The notes below the pieces were generated by a model. It ran no database searches, had not been told where the DNA came from, and saw nothing but the letters and a program-made list of their open reading frames with translations. The translations under genes and the position numbers were made by a program. A stretch of 64,000 bases of DNA from an uncultured Candidatus Saccharibacteria bacterium (GTDB taxonomy: Bacteria > Patescibacteriota > Minisyncoccia > Phycocordibacterales > UBA9973). This document shows positions 1 through 8,484 of this stretch, piece by piece. Where the stretch lies: NCBI GenBank assembly GCA_964456475.1, contig CAYVZI010000007.1:294-64293 (forward strand), given 5' to 3'. The stretch's first letter is position 1. The number at the start of each line of letters is the position of its first letter.

Positions 1-117
1 CCTATCCAAGAATCTATTTCATACTTACTCAGTACATCTGGGCTTGTTGTCTATGCGATGAAAGAGAGACTTCTTTCATTCTTTCATTTACCAAAAGGTA
101 GTGAGTTGCCACAGTAA
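1..117 (+). CDS. 3' end of a CDS running in from the window edge
   Basis: Frame 1 open from base 1 to TAA at 115-117, 2 nt before the next ATG. Confidence 0.5.
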   Translation, partial: PIQESISYLLSTSGLVVYAMKERLLSFFHLPKGSELPQ

Positions 118-119
118 TT

Positions 120-434
120 ATGAATACGACTATTGACCAAGAAAATATACTTAGAGATCTCTTTTCTCAGCTTGTTGTAGATCAGGGTTTTTCGATTTCT
201 GAAGAAAATGAGCTGTTTGAAAAAATCGAGTCGACAATCATACTTACCGTAGCTGCAGAGCTTTTTACTACGCTTGATGAGGAAACAAGAGGGAATATTG
301 ATGAGAATGCTTTTTCAGACTACAAAGCAATGTTTGAATTTTTGAATGCACACACTCCAAAAGAATATTTCAGTGAAGTTGTGGCTTCAGTCACCGAATC
401 AGTCCTTGCCGAATTTTTGCATAATTTAAAATAG
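120..434 (+). CDS. Hypothetical acidic protein
   Basis: 104-aa ORF, operon-like spacing. Confidence 0.7.
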   Translation: MNTTIDQENILRDLFSQLVVDQGFSISEENELFEKIESTIILTVAAELFTTLDEETRGNIDENAFSDYKAMFEFLNAHTPKEYFSEVVASVTESVLAEFLHNLK

Positions 435-485
435 TCAGATTGACTTTTTGCTAATACGCTCGTATAATCCTTAAAAAATTCAGCC

Positions 486-929
486 ATGGTGTTAAAAAAT
501 TTCATAGAGTGTATTAAGAATTCAATCGGAACACGGATGTTTCGCAGTTATTTTGTTGATGATGTTGACGTGTTAAAAAATGGTGATTTGTCCTGCGCTT
601 TTTATGTAAGTTCACTGCTGCATATTTTTGGACTTATTGACCGAGCTCATTTCACGGTTGATGGTACGGAATTCGCCATGAAAAATGCAGGTTGGGTTGA
701 AATTAAAAAATTGAAGCCAGGATGCGTTATTTTTTGGGAGCCAATCATTCAAGATGGAAATCATCACAGGCATATCGGTTTTTATATTGGTGAAAACCAG
801 GCCATTAGCAACCGAAGCTCACTTCAAGCCGTAGGAGAGCACGCCCTTCATTATTCTGGTCTTGATAAGGATAATAAGAGGAAGAAGGCAAAAATCAATC
901 GCCTTTACTGGCACAAAAGCTTGGTGTAA
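486..929 (+). CDS. NlpC/P60-like cysteine peptidase/amidase-fold protein
   Basis: LSCAFYVS (catalytic Cys), PGCVIFW and HRHIGFY (His) motifs. Confidence 0.6.
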   Translation: MVLKNFIECIKNSIGTRMFRSYFVDDVDVLKNGDLSCAFYVSSLLHIFGLIDRAHFTVDGTEFAMKNAGWVEIKKLKPGCVIFWEPIIQDGNHHRHIGFYIGENQAISNRSSLQAVGEHALHYSGLDKDNKRKKAKINRLYWHKSLV

Positions 930-939
930 TATCACCTAC

Positions 940-1440
940 ATGAATGTAGTCGTAAAAGGATCAGAAGTGTCATTCAACAATGACACTTTTTTTAATTGCG
1001 TTTTTGGAAAAAATGGCTTTACTTCCGGTAAGGTAGAAGGTGATGAAAAAACACCTCTTGGCTTATTTGCCATAGAAAAGATTTATTTCAGAAGCGATCG
1101 TGTTCAGTCATTTGTTTCAATCTATAATTTGATTCCTATCAATAAAGATGATGGCTGGTGTGATGATGTGAATTCAGAATATTATAACCAGTTCATTAAA
1201 CTTCCGTTTGGGGAAAGTCATGAAGAATTATGGAGAGAAGATGAACTCTATGACATAATTGTGGTACTAGATTACAACACTAACCCTGTTACAAAAGGGA
1301 AAGGAAGTGCGATTTTTATGCATGTGGCAAAGGAAAACATGCAATATACGAAGGGCTGTATTGCTATGAAAAAACAGGATTTGATAGCCTTGCTGGGTAT
1401 GCTTGATTCTACTGATATAAAGGTGGAAATAAGGGCTTAG
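940..1440 (+). CDS. L,D-transpeptidase (YkuD) family protein
   Basis: EGDEKTPLG, GSAIFMH...TKGCIA (H...C) motifs; ATG 940 preferred. Confidence 0.85.
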   Translation: MNVVVKGSEVSFNNDTFFNCVFGKNGFTSGKVEGDEKTPLGLFAIEKIYFRSDRVQSFVSIYNLIPINKDDGWCDDVNSEYYNQFIKLPFGESHEELWREDELYDIIVVLDYNTNPVTKGKGSAIFMHVAKENMQYTKGCIAMKKQDLIALLGMLDSTDIKVEIRA

Positions 1441-1520
1441 AAGGTATATAAGGGCTTTCTAGAGGGGGAGGAAAGGTATAGCTTGATTTATTCCAGCAAA
1501 TATAGTACTATCTGCCTACT

Positions 1521-1679
1521 ATGTCACAAGATAAATTGATCAAACTCGCTTGCGGAACCTGTAAGCGCATCAACTACTGGAGCCGAAAGAATAAGAAACT
1601 CGTCACACGAAAGATCGAGCTCAACAAATACTGCAAATGGTGTAAGGTTCAGAAGAAACATAAGGAAGTTAAAAAGTAA
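1521..1679 (+). CDS. rpmG: 50S ribosomal protein L33 (Zn-ribbon type)
   Basis: Manual translation MSQDKLIKLACGTCKRINYWSRKNKK...KYCKWCK...HKEVKK; below the ORF-track cutoff. Confidence 0.95.
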   Translation: MSQDKLIKLACGTCKRINYWSRKNKKLVTRKIELNKYCKWCKVQKKHKEVKK

Positions 1680-1680
1680 A

Positions 1681-1710
1681 AACAAAAGCCCCGAAAGGGG
1701 CTTTTGTTTT
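1681..1710 (+). terminator. Rho-independent terminator
   Basis: aacaaaagcccc-gaaa-ggggcttttgtttt. Confidence 0.85.
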
Positions 1711-1759
1711 GGATTGGGTGGTATATAATGTTTATGTAACCCTACAATAGGGTTCTTTT

Positions 1760-2413
1760 ATGAAAAAAGATTTACAGCTTAAAACTATAGAGCTTCGAAA
1801 ACTCGGGCATTCTGTAAAAGAACTTCATGAGGAAATTGGAGTTTCAAAAAGCACCATTTCGAAGTGGATACAAACCGTTCCACTTTCGCAGAAGGCACAA
1901 AAGCGATTACGAGATCGGTCGACTAAGGCTCGAATAAAAGCCGAGGAGACAATTAGAGAAAAAACGAGGCAAAAAAATATTGTTGCGAGAGACTTCGCAA
2001 ATGACACTCTAGATTCAAGTAAAATTGATCAAAATATCCAAGCCGTGCTTTGTTCCATGATTTATTACTGCGAGGGTAATAAAGAATTAAAAGGGGTCAC
2101 TTTTACCAATTCTGATCCAGGATTGATTCGTTCTTTTTTAGTATTGTTTAGAAATTCATTTAGTCTTGATGAAGGCAAATTTCGAGTATTAATGCATCTT
2201 CATGATTATCATAACGAAAAGGAGCAAAAATTATTCTGGTCGAATATTACTCAAATTCCTTATAATCAATTCAATAAGTCGTACATTAAAAAAAGCGAAC
2301 ATAAGTATAAAAAAGAGGGGTATATGGGATGTATAAAGGTGGTATATGGTGATGTTTCGATTGCAAGAAAATTGAGTGCCATTGCAAAAACCTTTATGGA
2401 AAGGTATAAATAG
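1760..2413 (+). CDS. N-terminal HTH + LAGLIDADG-like domain protein
   Basis: LRKLGHSVKEL..VSKSTISKW HTH; IYYCEGNK..FTNSDPGLI degenerate LAGLIDADG-type motif; ends 6 nt before tRNA-Trp. Confidence 0.7.
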   Translation: MKKDLQLKTIELRKLGHSVKELHEEIGVSKSTISKWIQTVPLSQKAQKRLRDRSTKARIKAEETIREKTRQKNIVARDFANDTLDSSKIDQNIQAVLCSMIYYCEGNKELKGVTFTNSDPGLIRSFLVLFRNSFSLDEGKFRVLMHLHDYHNEKEQKLFWSNITQIPYNQFNKSYIKKSEHKYKKEGYMGCIKVVYGDVSIARKLSAIAKTFMERYK

Positions 2414-2419
2414 ACGCAC

Positions 2420-2490
2420 GGGCGGTTAGTTTAGTGGTAGAACAAAGGACTCCAAATCCTTTGGCGGGAGTTCGATTCTTCCACCGCCCG
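2420..2490 (+). tRNA. tRNA-Trp(CCA)
   Basis: GGGCGGT/ACCGCCC acceptor, AAGGA-CTCCAAA-TCCTT anticodon arm, GTTCGATT T loop; CCA end not encoded. Confidence 0.95.
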
Positions 2491-2498
2491 CAAAATGT

Positions 2499-3029
2499 AT
2501 GACTCAAGAAAACATTCAATCTCCTGAAAAAGTAACTTTTAAAAAACCAGGACCGGAAGACTGGGAAAGATTTCGAAAAATTAGACTAGAAGCTTTGCAA
2601 ACAGACCCGCAAGCTTTTGGGGGTAATTTTGAGAATGAATTGCAGGAAAATGAACTATATTGGCGAGAAAAATTATCAGATAAAGATAGAAGTTTCTATG
2701 TAGCTGAAGAGAATTCGGATTTTGTTGCAACAGCCGGTGCAAGAAAGATAGATGATACAGAGTGGATGCTTTCAACTATTTATACCTCGCCTAGTTCTAG
2801 AGGAAAAGGGATTTCAAATGAGCTGTTATTGCGAGTTATACATGAAGCAAAAAAATCTGGTGTAAAGAAGGTATCTCTCAATGTAAATTCTGAACAGGAA
2901 AATGCTGTTGATTTATATAAAAAATTAGGATTTAAAATAATTGCAGAAGGAAAAGGTATACAGATGGGGGATGGAATTATTCATCACGAGTATTACATGG
3001 AGAAGGAGCTCGATTCTCTTTTAGACTAA
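2499..3029 (+). CDS. GNAT family N-acetyltransferase
   Basis: SRGKGIS acetyl-CoA motif, AVDLYKKLGF. Confidence 0.9.
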   Translation: MTQENIQSPEKVTFKKPGPEDWERFRKIRLEALQTDPQAFGGNFENELQENELYWREKLSDKDRSFYVAEENSDFVATAGARKIDDTEWMLSTIYTSPSSRGKGISNELLLRVIHEAKKSGVKKVSLNVNSEQENAVDLYKKLGFKIIAEGKGIQMGDGIIHHEYYMEKELDSLLD

Positions 3030-3030
3030 C

Positions 3031-3969
3031 TTATCTCAAAAAATCCTTAATCGCTTTCGTTTCTTTTACTACCTCGCTTTTCTTCAGTGGATTTATCCAA
3101 ACGATTGTTTCATCTCGCTTGAACCACGTTCTTTGGCGTTTTACATAGTGCCAGATATCCATTGCGAGTTCTTCTTCGAATTGCACGCGAGTTGTTTTCT
3201 TTGTAAGGAGCTTTGCCATTTCGCGATATTCAAGGCCGAGTGCTTCCATACGTTTCCATGACAGACCTTTTTTATGAAGATTGATGGCTTCACGAAGCAT
3301 GCCTGCGTTGAGTCGCTCTTTTAAGCGCTTCATGATGCGCGTTTTAAGTTCCATGTCTCCCATATCCAGTCCAATTTTGAGCGTGTTATATTTCGGTTTT
3401 ATGTTCTTGAGTTTTGGAACCTTGCCGAGTGCTTTTGCTATTTCGATAGCACGAATAAGGCGAACGGGGTTTTGCGCATCAATTGTTTTTGCACGAGCTG
3501 AGTCGAGTTTTTTGAGTATTTCAAAAAGCTGCTCTGCGGTTTTCTTTTCGAGTTTTTTGCGGAGTTCTACATTTGGTGGTACTTCGGGCAAAGTTGTGCC
3601 GTTTATCAGCATGTCGATATAGAGTCCTGTTCCTCCGCAGATGATAGGTAAATTCCCGCGTGAAAGAATATCGGCAATAGCTTTTTCCGCGAGTGTTACA
3701 AAATCAGTGACGGCGAATTGTTTCTTTGCGTCGGCAACGTCGAGTAGGTGATGGGGAACACTAGACATTTCTTTTTTGGTGACCTTGCCGGTACCGAGAT
3801 CAAGTCCTGTATATACTTGGCGTGAATCAGCAGAAATAATCTCACCACTATATTTTTTGGCGAGCTCTATAGAGAGCGAAGTTTTTCCTGTGGCTGTTGG
3901 GCCGAGGAGAACTAAGATTTTAGGATTAGAAATTAAATTCTTGTTCTTTTGTTTCGGGTTTGCGGTCAT
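3031..3969 (-). CDS. miaA: tRNA dimethylallyltransferase
   Basis: GPTATGKT, SADSRQVY, GGTGLY, KRQRTWF; start uncertain. Confidence 0.97.
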   Translation of the reverse strand: MTANPKQKNKNLISNPKILVLLGPTATGKTSLSIELAKKYSGEIISADSRQVYTGLDLGTGKVTKKEMSSVPHHLLDVADAKKQFAVTDFVTLAEKAIADILSRGNLPIICGGTGLYIDMLINGTTLPEVPPNVELRKKLEKKTAEQLFEILKKLDSARAKTIDAQNPVRLIRAIEIAKALGKVPKLKNIKPKYNTLKIGLDMGDMELKTRIMKRLKERLNAGMLREAINLHKKGLSWKRMEALGLEYREMAKLLTKKTTRVQFEEELAMDIWHYVKRQRTWFKRDETIVWINPLKKSEVVKETKAIKDFLR

Positions 3970-4375
3970 TCCAGTATTTAATATATTTAGGAGTAATTAT
4001 CCAGACTTTTGAATCTTTATCGTTGTCGTGAATCCATTTAATAGTAATTCTTTCTTTGAATTCAGGACATTTTGCGTTGTGAAGTTTTACACCTTTTGTA
4101 ATCTCATCCTCAGTTTCTGCAATCCTGCAAATACCAGTTCCCTGAACACCTTTTCGGTCAGTTGAATCATCAGGATTAAACCATGCGGTGGCGAATGCAA
4201 CCGAGTCATTTGCAAGTATCTCTTGTGAATGACGTGTATCCTTTGAACTAATGAAATACAGTGTTCCTTTTTCATCTGAACACATATACACATTCGCAAC
4301 CCAGGGTGTACTTGAGTTTGTTGTTGCAAGTGTAAATAGTTTTTGTGACTGTAGAAATTCTATAAGATTTTCCAT
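3926..4375 (-). CDS. Pyridoxamine 5'-phosphate oxidase-like (YhbP-type) protein
   Basis: LATT..PWVANVY..LYFIS...TRHSQ..KGVQGTG; ATG 4375. Confidence 0.8.
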   Translation of the reverse strand: MENLIEFLQSQKLFTLATTNSSTPWVANVYMCSDEKGTLYFISSKDTRHSQEILANDSVAFATAWFNPDDSTDRKGVQGTGICRIAETEDEITKGVKLHNAKCPEFKERITIKWIHDNDKDSKVWIITPKYIKYWNDRKPETKEQEFNF

Positions 4376-4393
4376 TTTATTTAAGGGGAGGTT

Positions 4394-4528
4394 GGTCACA
4401 GATAATCTTTCGCCGTCGCTCAAGATTTCCGCGACCCCGCCTCACGGTTTCGCGTGCTCGCGAAACATCGTTCCGGCTTTCAACTCCCTCACACGAACCA
4501 AGTAGTTGGTTCGCTCTTCGGTACAATT
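4394..4528 (-). ncRNA. tRNA-trailer structured element, copy 1 (3' of tRNA-Leu)
   Basis: Homologous to 55550-55684, 55830-55891, 56479-56564 and 56617-56700, with compensatory changes; RNA versus DNA function unknown. Confidence 0.7.
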
Positions 4529-4544
4529 TCATTATATTCAATTG

Positions 4545-4625
4545 TGCCGAAGGAGGGAGTTGAACCCTCATGAGTTGCCCCACTCGATTTTGAGTCGAGC
4601 GCGTCTACCATTCCGCCACTTCGGC
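4545..4625 (-). tRNA. tRNA-Leu(CAA)
   Basis: GCCGAAG/CTTCGGC acceptor, CTCGA-CTCAAAA-TCGAG arm, long variable arm. Confidence 0.95.
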
Positions 4626-4642
4626 ATACTTTTCTTTTTTGG

Positions 4643-4719
4643 GTCATCCTGAATTTATTTCAGGATCCAGGTTTATACGGATTCAATTAGCCTGGATTCC
4701 CGGTCAAGCCAGGAATGAC
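4643..4719. repeat. REP/RPE-like double-hairpin palindromic element (GTCAT...ATGAC)
   Basis: gtcatcctgaa..ttcaggatccag ... ctggattcccggtcaagccaggaatgac. Confidence 0.75.
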
Positions 4720-4828
4720 AATGCAGAATCCAATACTCGGAGATTCTAACCTATTATTCACATTTTTTCCAGGGTTTATGTGTTTTCCCCGACTTTCGAC
4801 TTTCGACTTTATGACTTATACTAGCTCC

Positions 4829-5842
4829 ATGGCAGAATTTTATTCCAACTCAATTTTTTGGGTCGACATCGACAAGGTGCGCCCAAACCCTTATCAGCCT
4901 CGCCGAGAATTCGAAGAGGGTCCACTCAAGGACCTTTCAGAATCAATTCGTCAGTACGGCGTGATGCAACCGCTCACCGTGTCTCGTATTGAATTTCAAA
5001 AAGATGATGGAGGTATTGGTGTAGAGTACGAGCTCATTGCCGGAGAGCGTCGTTTACGTGCTTCAAAGCTCGCAGGACTGTCACAAGTGCCTGTGCTTAT
5101 CCGTGAGGGTGACACGCCACAAGTAAAGCTCGAACTTGCGATCATCGAAAACCTTCAGCGTGCCGATCTCAATCCCGTAGAGCGTGCACACGCATTCATG
5201 CGACTCGCCGACGAATTCAAACTCGCTCATGTAGATATTGGAAAGAAGCTTGGACGTTCTCGTGAATATGTTTCAAACACTTTGCGCATTTTGATGCTTC
5301 CGGATGAAATGCTCACCGCGCTTGGACAAGGCAAAATTAGTGAAGGACACACACGTCCACTTCTTATGCTTGTCGATCGCCCCGAAGAGCAAATGGTCTT
5401 GTTTAAGGAAATTATGACCAAGAAGGTGACCGTGCGTGAAGCTGAGCGTGCAGCCCGAAATATTGCTGTCGATCGTGCGCGCAAGGTGCCTCGCAGTGCC
5501 GATCCTGAAATCGCCATCTTCGAAGCTCGACTTCAAGAACTCCTCGGTGAACGTGTTCGTGTCGAGCAAGACGTGATCGGTGGACGCGTGACGATTAGCT
5601 TCATGAATCCAGATGAACTTCGCTCTTTTGTAGAGCAAATTCATCCAGCGGAAGAATCAATGAACAACGACAACGAGGCTAAATCCGACACGGTCGGATC
5701 GCCCGACGCTTCGGAAGAAGCGTTTAGGGAACAAAGAGTGAATGAAATTGTGTTGGAAGAAATTCCAGTAGTAGCACCGGTTGTTATCGAAGAAAAGCCT
5801 GACGACTCGGATCTATATTCAATAAATAGTTTTTCACTCTAG
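4829..5842 (+). CDS. parB: ParB/Spo0J partition protein
   Basis: PNPYQPR, IAGERRLRA, IENLQRADLNPVE, HTH; ATG 4829. Confidence 0.95.
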   Translation: MAEFYSNSIFWVDIDKVRPNPYQPRREFEEGPLKDLSESIRQYGVMQPLTVSRIEFQKDDGGIGVEYELIAGERRLRASKLAGLSQVPVLIREGDTPQVKLELAIIENLQRADLNPVERAHAFMRLADEFKLAHVDIGKKLGRSREYVSNTLRILMLPDEMLTALGQGKISEGHTRPLLMLVDRPEEQMVLFKEIMTKKVTVREAERAARNIAVDRARKVPRSADPEIAIFEARLQELLGERVRVEQDVIGGRVTISFMNPDELRSFVEQIHPAEESMNNDNEAKSDTVGSPDASEEAFREQRVNEIVLEEIPVVAPVVIEEKPDDSDLYSINSFSL

Positions 5843-5847
5843 TATTT

Positions 5848-5885
5848 AAAAATGCCCCGCGACTTTAGTCGCGGGGCATTTTTTT
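5848..5885. terminator. Bidirectional terminator (parB/rel)
   Basis: aaaaatgccccgcgac-ttta-gtcgcggggcattttt. Confidence 0.85.
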
Positions 5886-5919
5886 GCTAGAACCTAGAAG
5901 CTATGAACCTAGAACCTTC

Positions 5920-7407
5920 CTATCTGAATTTCTTTGGCAAAAATCGAGCAAAAATACTTTCTTCCTCGTGTTCTTTTATATAGGTGCGAATATGTTTTTT
6001 TGCCAAAGCCGTTTTACAAAAATCGAGCCACTTCGATTTTGGTGTTCCGTCTTTTCGAGTTTCAATATGTACGATATCACCAGAATGAAGTATCGTATCA
6101 AGTGCTACAAATTTTCCGTTTACACGAGCTCCGCTCGCTTTGTCACCAATATCAGAATGCACTGCGTAAGCAAAATCGATAGTGCTCGAGCCTTCTGGGA
6201 GATCTATAACCTCACCGATTGGGGTAAACACGAATATTCGATCATGAAAAAAATCGAGTTTGAGGTGTTTTAGAAAATCGTCTGGTTCGGTTGCTGTTTT
6301 GCCGAGATTCTTGAACTCGTCTATCCAGTGAAATTTTCCGTTACCATTTGTGTTCTTTTTTGAATCACTTTGTTCTTTGTAGAGGAAGTGTGATGCGATA
6401 CCGAATTCTGCGCGTCCGTGCATTTCCAATGTACGAATTTGGACTTCGACGAGATCACCGTCACCAGTAAAAATGGTGGTATGAAGCGATTGATATCCAT
6501 TGAGTTTAGGAAGCGCAATGTAGTCTTTGATTCTCGCAGGAAGAGGCTTCCAGAGCGAATGAACTACTCCAAGAGATGCATAACATTGCTCTATCGTTTC
6601 GACAATGATTCGCAAGGCAACTACGTCATAAATATTTTCGATATTCATGTCCTTTTCTTTGAGTTTTTTCCAAAGACTGTATTTGTGTTTGATGCGGTAC
6701 TCAATTTCAAGAACATTGATATGTACCTTTTTGAGCTCGTCACTTAGCTTACTGTATACATGCTGGAGTGAATCTTTGAGTCGCTCACTTCTATCAGAAA
6801 GAATTTTTTCTACCTCAGCGTATTCTTTTGGATAGGCAAAAGGGAAGGCTGCATCTTCGATTTCACCCTTGAGTTTTCCGATACCAAATCTGTCGGCAAG
6901 CGGAGCATATACTTCGATTGATTCAAGTGCGATGCGTTTTTGTTTGTCTTCGCGCACGTGTTGGAGTGTTTGAAGATTGTGCAAACGATCGGCGAGCTTG
7001 ATCATGAGTACGCGATAATCCTGAGCAAGCGCCATGAGGAATTTGCGAAGACTCTCTACATGTCTGATATGTCCTTGGTATTTTACGGTACCGAGTTTGG
7101 TTACCCCCTTTACGAGCTCGACGATTTCTTTGCCGAACTCCTTCTCCATTTCTGCTTCAGTGGTTTCGGTGTCTTCAAGCACATCATGCAAAAAGCCGGC
7201 GGCGATAGTTATTGCATCCATTTCGTAGCGAGCGAGGTTTTTGGCAGTCTCGAATACGTGGATGAAATAAGGCTCGCCAGAACGACGAAATTGCCCTTGG
7301 TGGGCTTTGAGAGCGAAATTATAGGCATGCATAATAAGCTCGATTTCCTTCTTGAGGGGATGAGCTGGGAGTTCGGCGAAGATGTCTTTGACATCAAATC
7401 CTTCCAT
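5920..7407 (-). CDS. rel: RelA/SpoT (p)ppGpp synthetase/hydrolase (HD-SYNTH-TGS, no ACT)
   Basis: RRSGEPYFIH, LHDVLED, KLADRLHN, GYQSLHTT, EVQIRT, DFAYAVHS. Confidence 0.95.
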   Translation of the reverse strand: MEGFDVKDIFAELPAHPLKKEIELIMHAYNFALKAHQGQFRRSGEPYFIHVFETAKNLARYEMDAITIAAGFLHDVLEDTETTEAEMEKEFGKEIVELVKGVTKLGTVKYQGHIRHVESLRKFLMALAQDYRVLMIKLADRLHNLQTLQHVREDKQKRIALESIEVYAPLADRFGIGKLKGEIEDAAFPFAYPKEYAEVEKILSDRSERLKDSLQHVYSKLSDELKKVHINVLEIEYRIKHKYSLWKKLKEKDMNIENIYDVVALRIIVETIEQCYASLGVVHSLWKPLPARIKDYIALPKLNGYQSLHTTIFTGDGDLVEVQIRTLEMHGRAEFGIASHFLYKEQSDSKKNTNGNGKFHWIDEFKNLGKTATEPDDFLKHLKLDFFHDRIFVFTPIGEVIDLPEGSSTIDFAYAVHSDIGDKASGARVNGKFVALDTILHSGDIVHIETRKDGTPKSKWLDFCKTALAKKHIRTYIKEHEEESIFARFLPKKFR

Positions 7408-7511
7408 GGGCAGAGTATACAGTATTTTGTGCTCAGTATACAGTATAATCCAACGAATATTGACTTTTTAAAATAAGACTGTAAAGTGATAAAAACTAAA
7501 ATTTGACAATC

Positions 7512-8444
7512 ATGGATAAGAATCAAGTTAATAAGCTGTATCAAACAAAGGTACTCAACTTTCAGAACGCGATACATGCGTTTGAAGAATTCCGTGGCCT
7601 CGAGCGTTATAACTCTCAGGACGGCTACAATGATTATGATGATCGGTATTGGTCTTGTGTGTTACATAGGCAAAACCCGGATCTTTCATTAAATAAGGAA
7701 AGCAGACTGAGTTATGGATTTGGTGAATCTGAGTACTCGATAATTTTTATTTACGATCACGAAACCGGGAAAACACTTTTTATTCAGGGTAACTTTGATC
7801 CGAAAGATGAAAAGTCGTACCTCAATTATTGCCAGTTTGCACAATATTATTCACAACAAAATATTCTTGTCGCTCAGTTCGTAAATCGATTGGTAATGTA
7901 TCAACTTGATAGCGATTTTCGGGTTACGAAAATTATTGATAGCCATAAATCACTTGAATATATTGACAGGTATTTTAGCAAAGGCTTTAAGAAAGTGGTT
8001 TTTGAAAAAAGCGGCCTTAATTACTTAGTTATTGTAGATAGTAATGGTGATCCATCATTAATCCATTTCGATATGGAAAATGAAAATATTCTGACATACG
8101 ATAGTCTTCCGGGATATATGACCAGTTTTGGTTCTGTGGACACGCTTTATATCAAAGAGCTTGGCTTATATCCAATTGTTGTAATGGGAATACACGGTAA
8201 GCAAAAAAGCGACCCTGATCCTGGGTATTCTGTGTTTATACAAAATGGCAAACCAGAAAAAGGTTTTAATTTATGGAATTTCAAAAATGCTTTTTTTCAA
8301 TCATGGAGCCCAAACAAATTTGTTTTTGGTGAATGGTTTGGAGGTGAAGGTTATATTGAAATTTCTGTATTCGCGGATGAGTTATTGCTTGAAAAGGTAA
8401 CCCTGCCGACAAATATGAATTTTAAAAGAGAGAAGAAGGGGTAA
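7512..8444 (+). CDS. Hypothetical protein (orphan cassette)
   Basis: ~310-aa ORF; TTGACT promoter at ~7460, terminator hairpin 8463-8492. Confidence 0.75.
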   Translation: MDKNQVNKLYQTKVLNFQNAIHAFEEFRGLERYNSQDGYNDYDDRYWSCVLHRQNPDLSLNKESRLSYGFGESEYSIIFIYDHETGKTLFIQGNFDPKDEKSYLNYCQFAQYYSQQNILVAQFVNRLVMYQLDSDFRVTKIIDSHKSLEYIDRYFSKGFKKVVFEKSGLNYLVIVDSNGDPSLIHFDMENENILTYDSLPGYMTSFGSVDTLYIKELGLYPIVVMGIHGKQKSDPDPGYSVFIQNGKPEKGFNLWNFKNAFFQSWSPNKFVFGEWFGGEGYIEISVFADELLLEKVTLPTNMNFKREKKG

Positions 8445-8484
8445 ATAGTAAATTATTGTAATAAAAAGCTGAATGAGGAATCAT

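Noticed and set aside
4377-4583. ORF 4377-4583 and similar ORFs 56449-56704 with shared peptide similarity
   Set aside because: These are translations of the non-coding element; other copies have no conserved frame and the changes preserve base pairing
5920-7407. Rel lacking the ACT domain as a pseudogene
   Set aside because: Intact ORF with hydrolase, synthetase and TGS motifs; ends cleanly before a terminator
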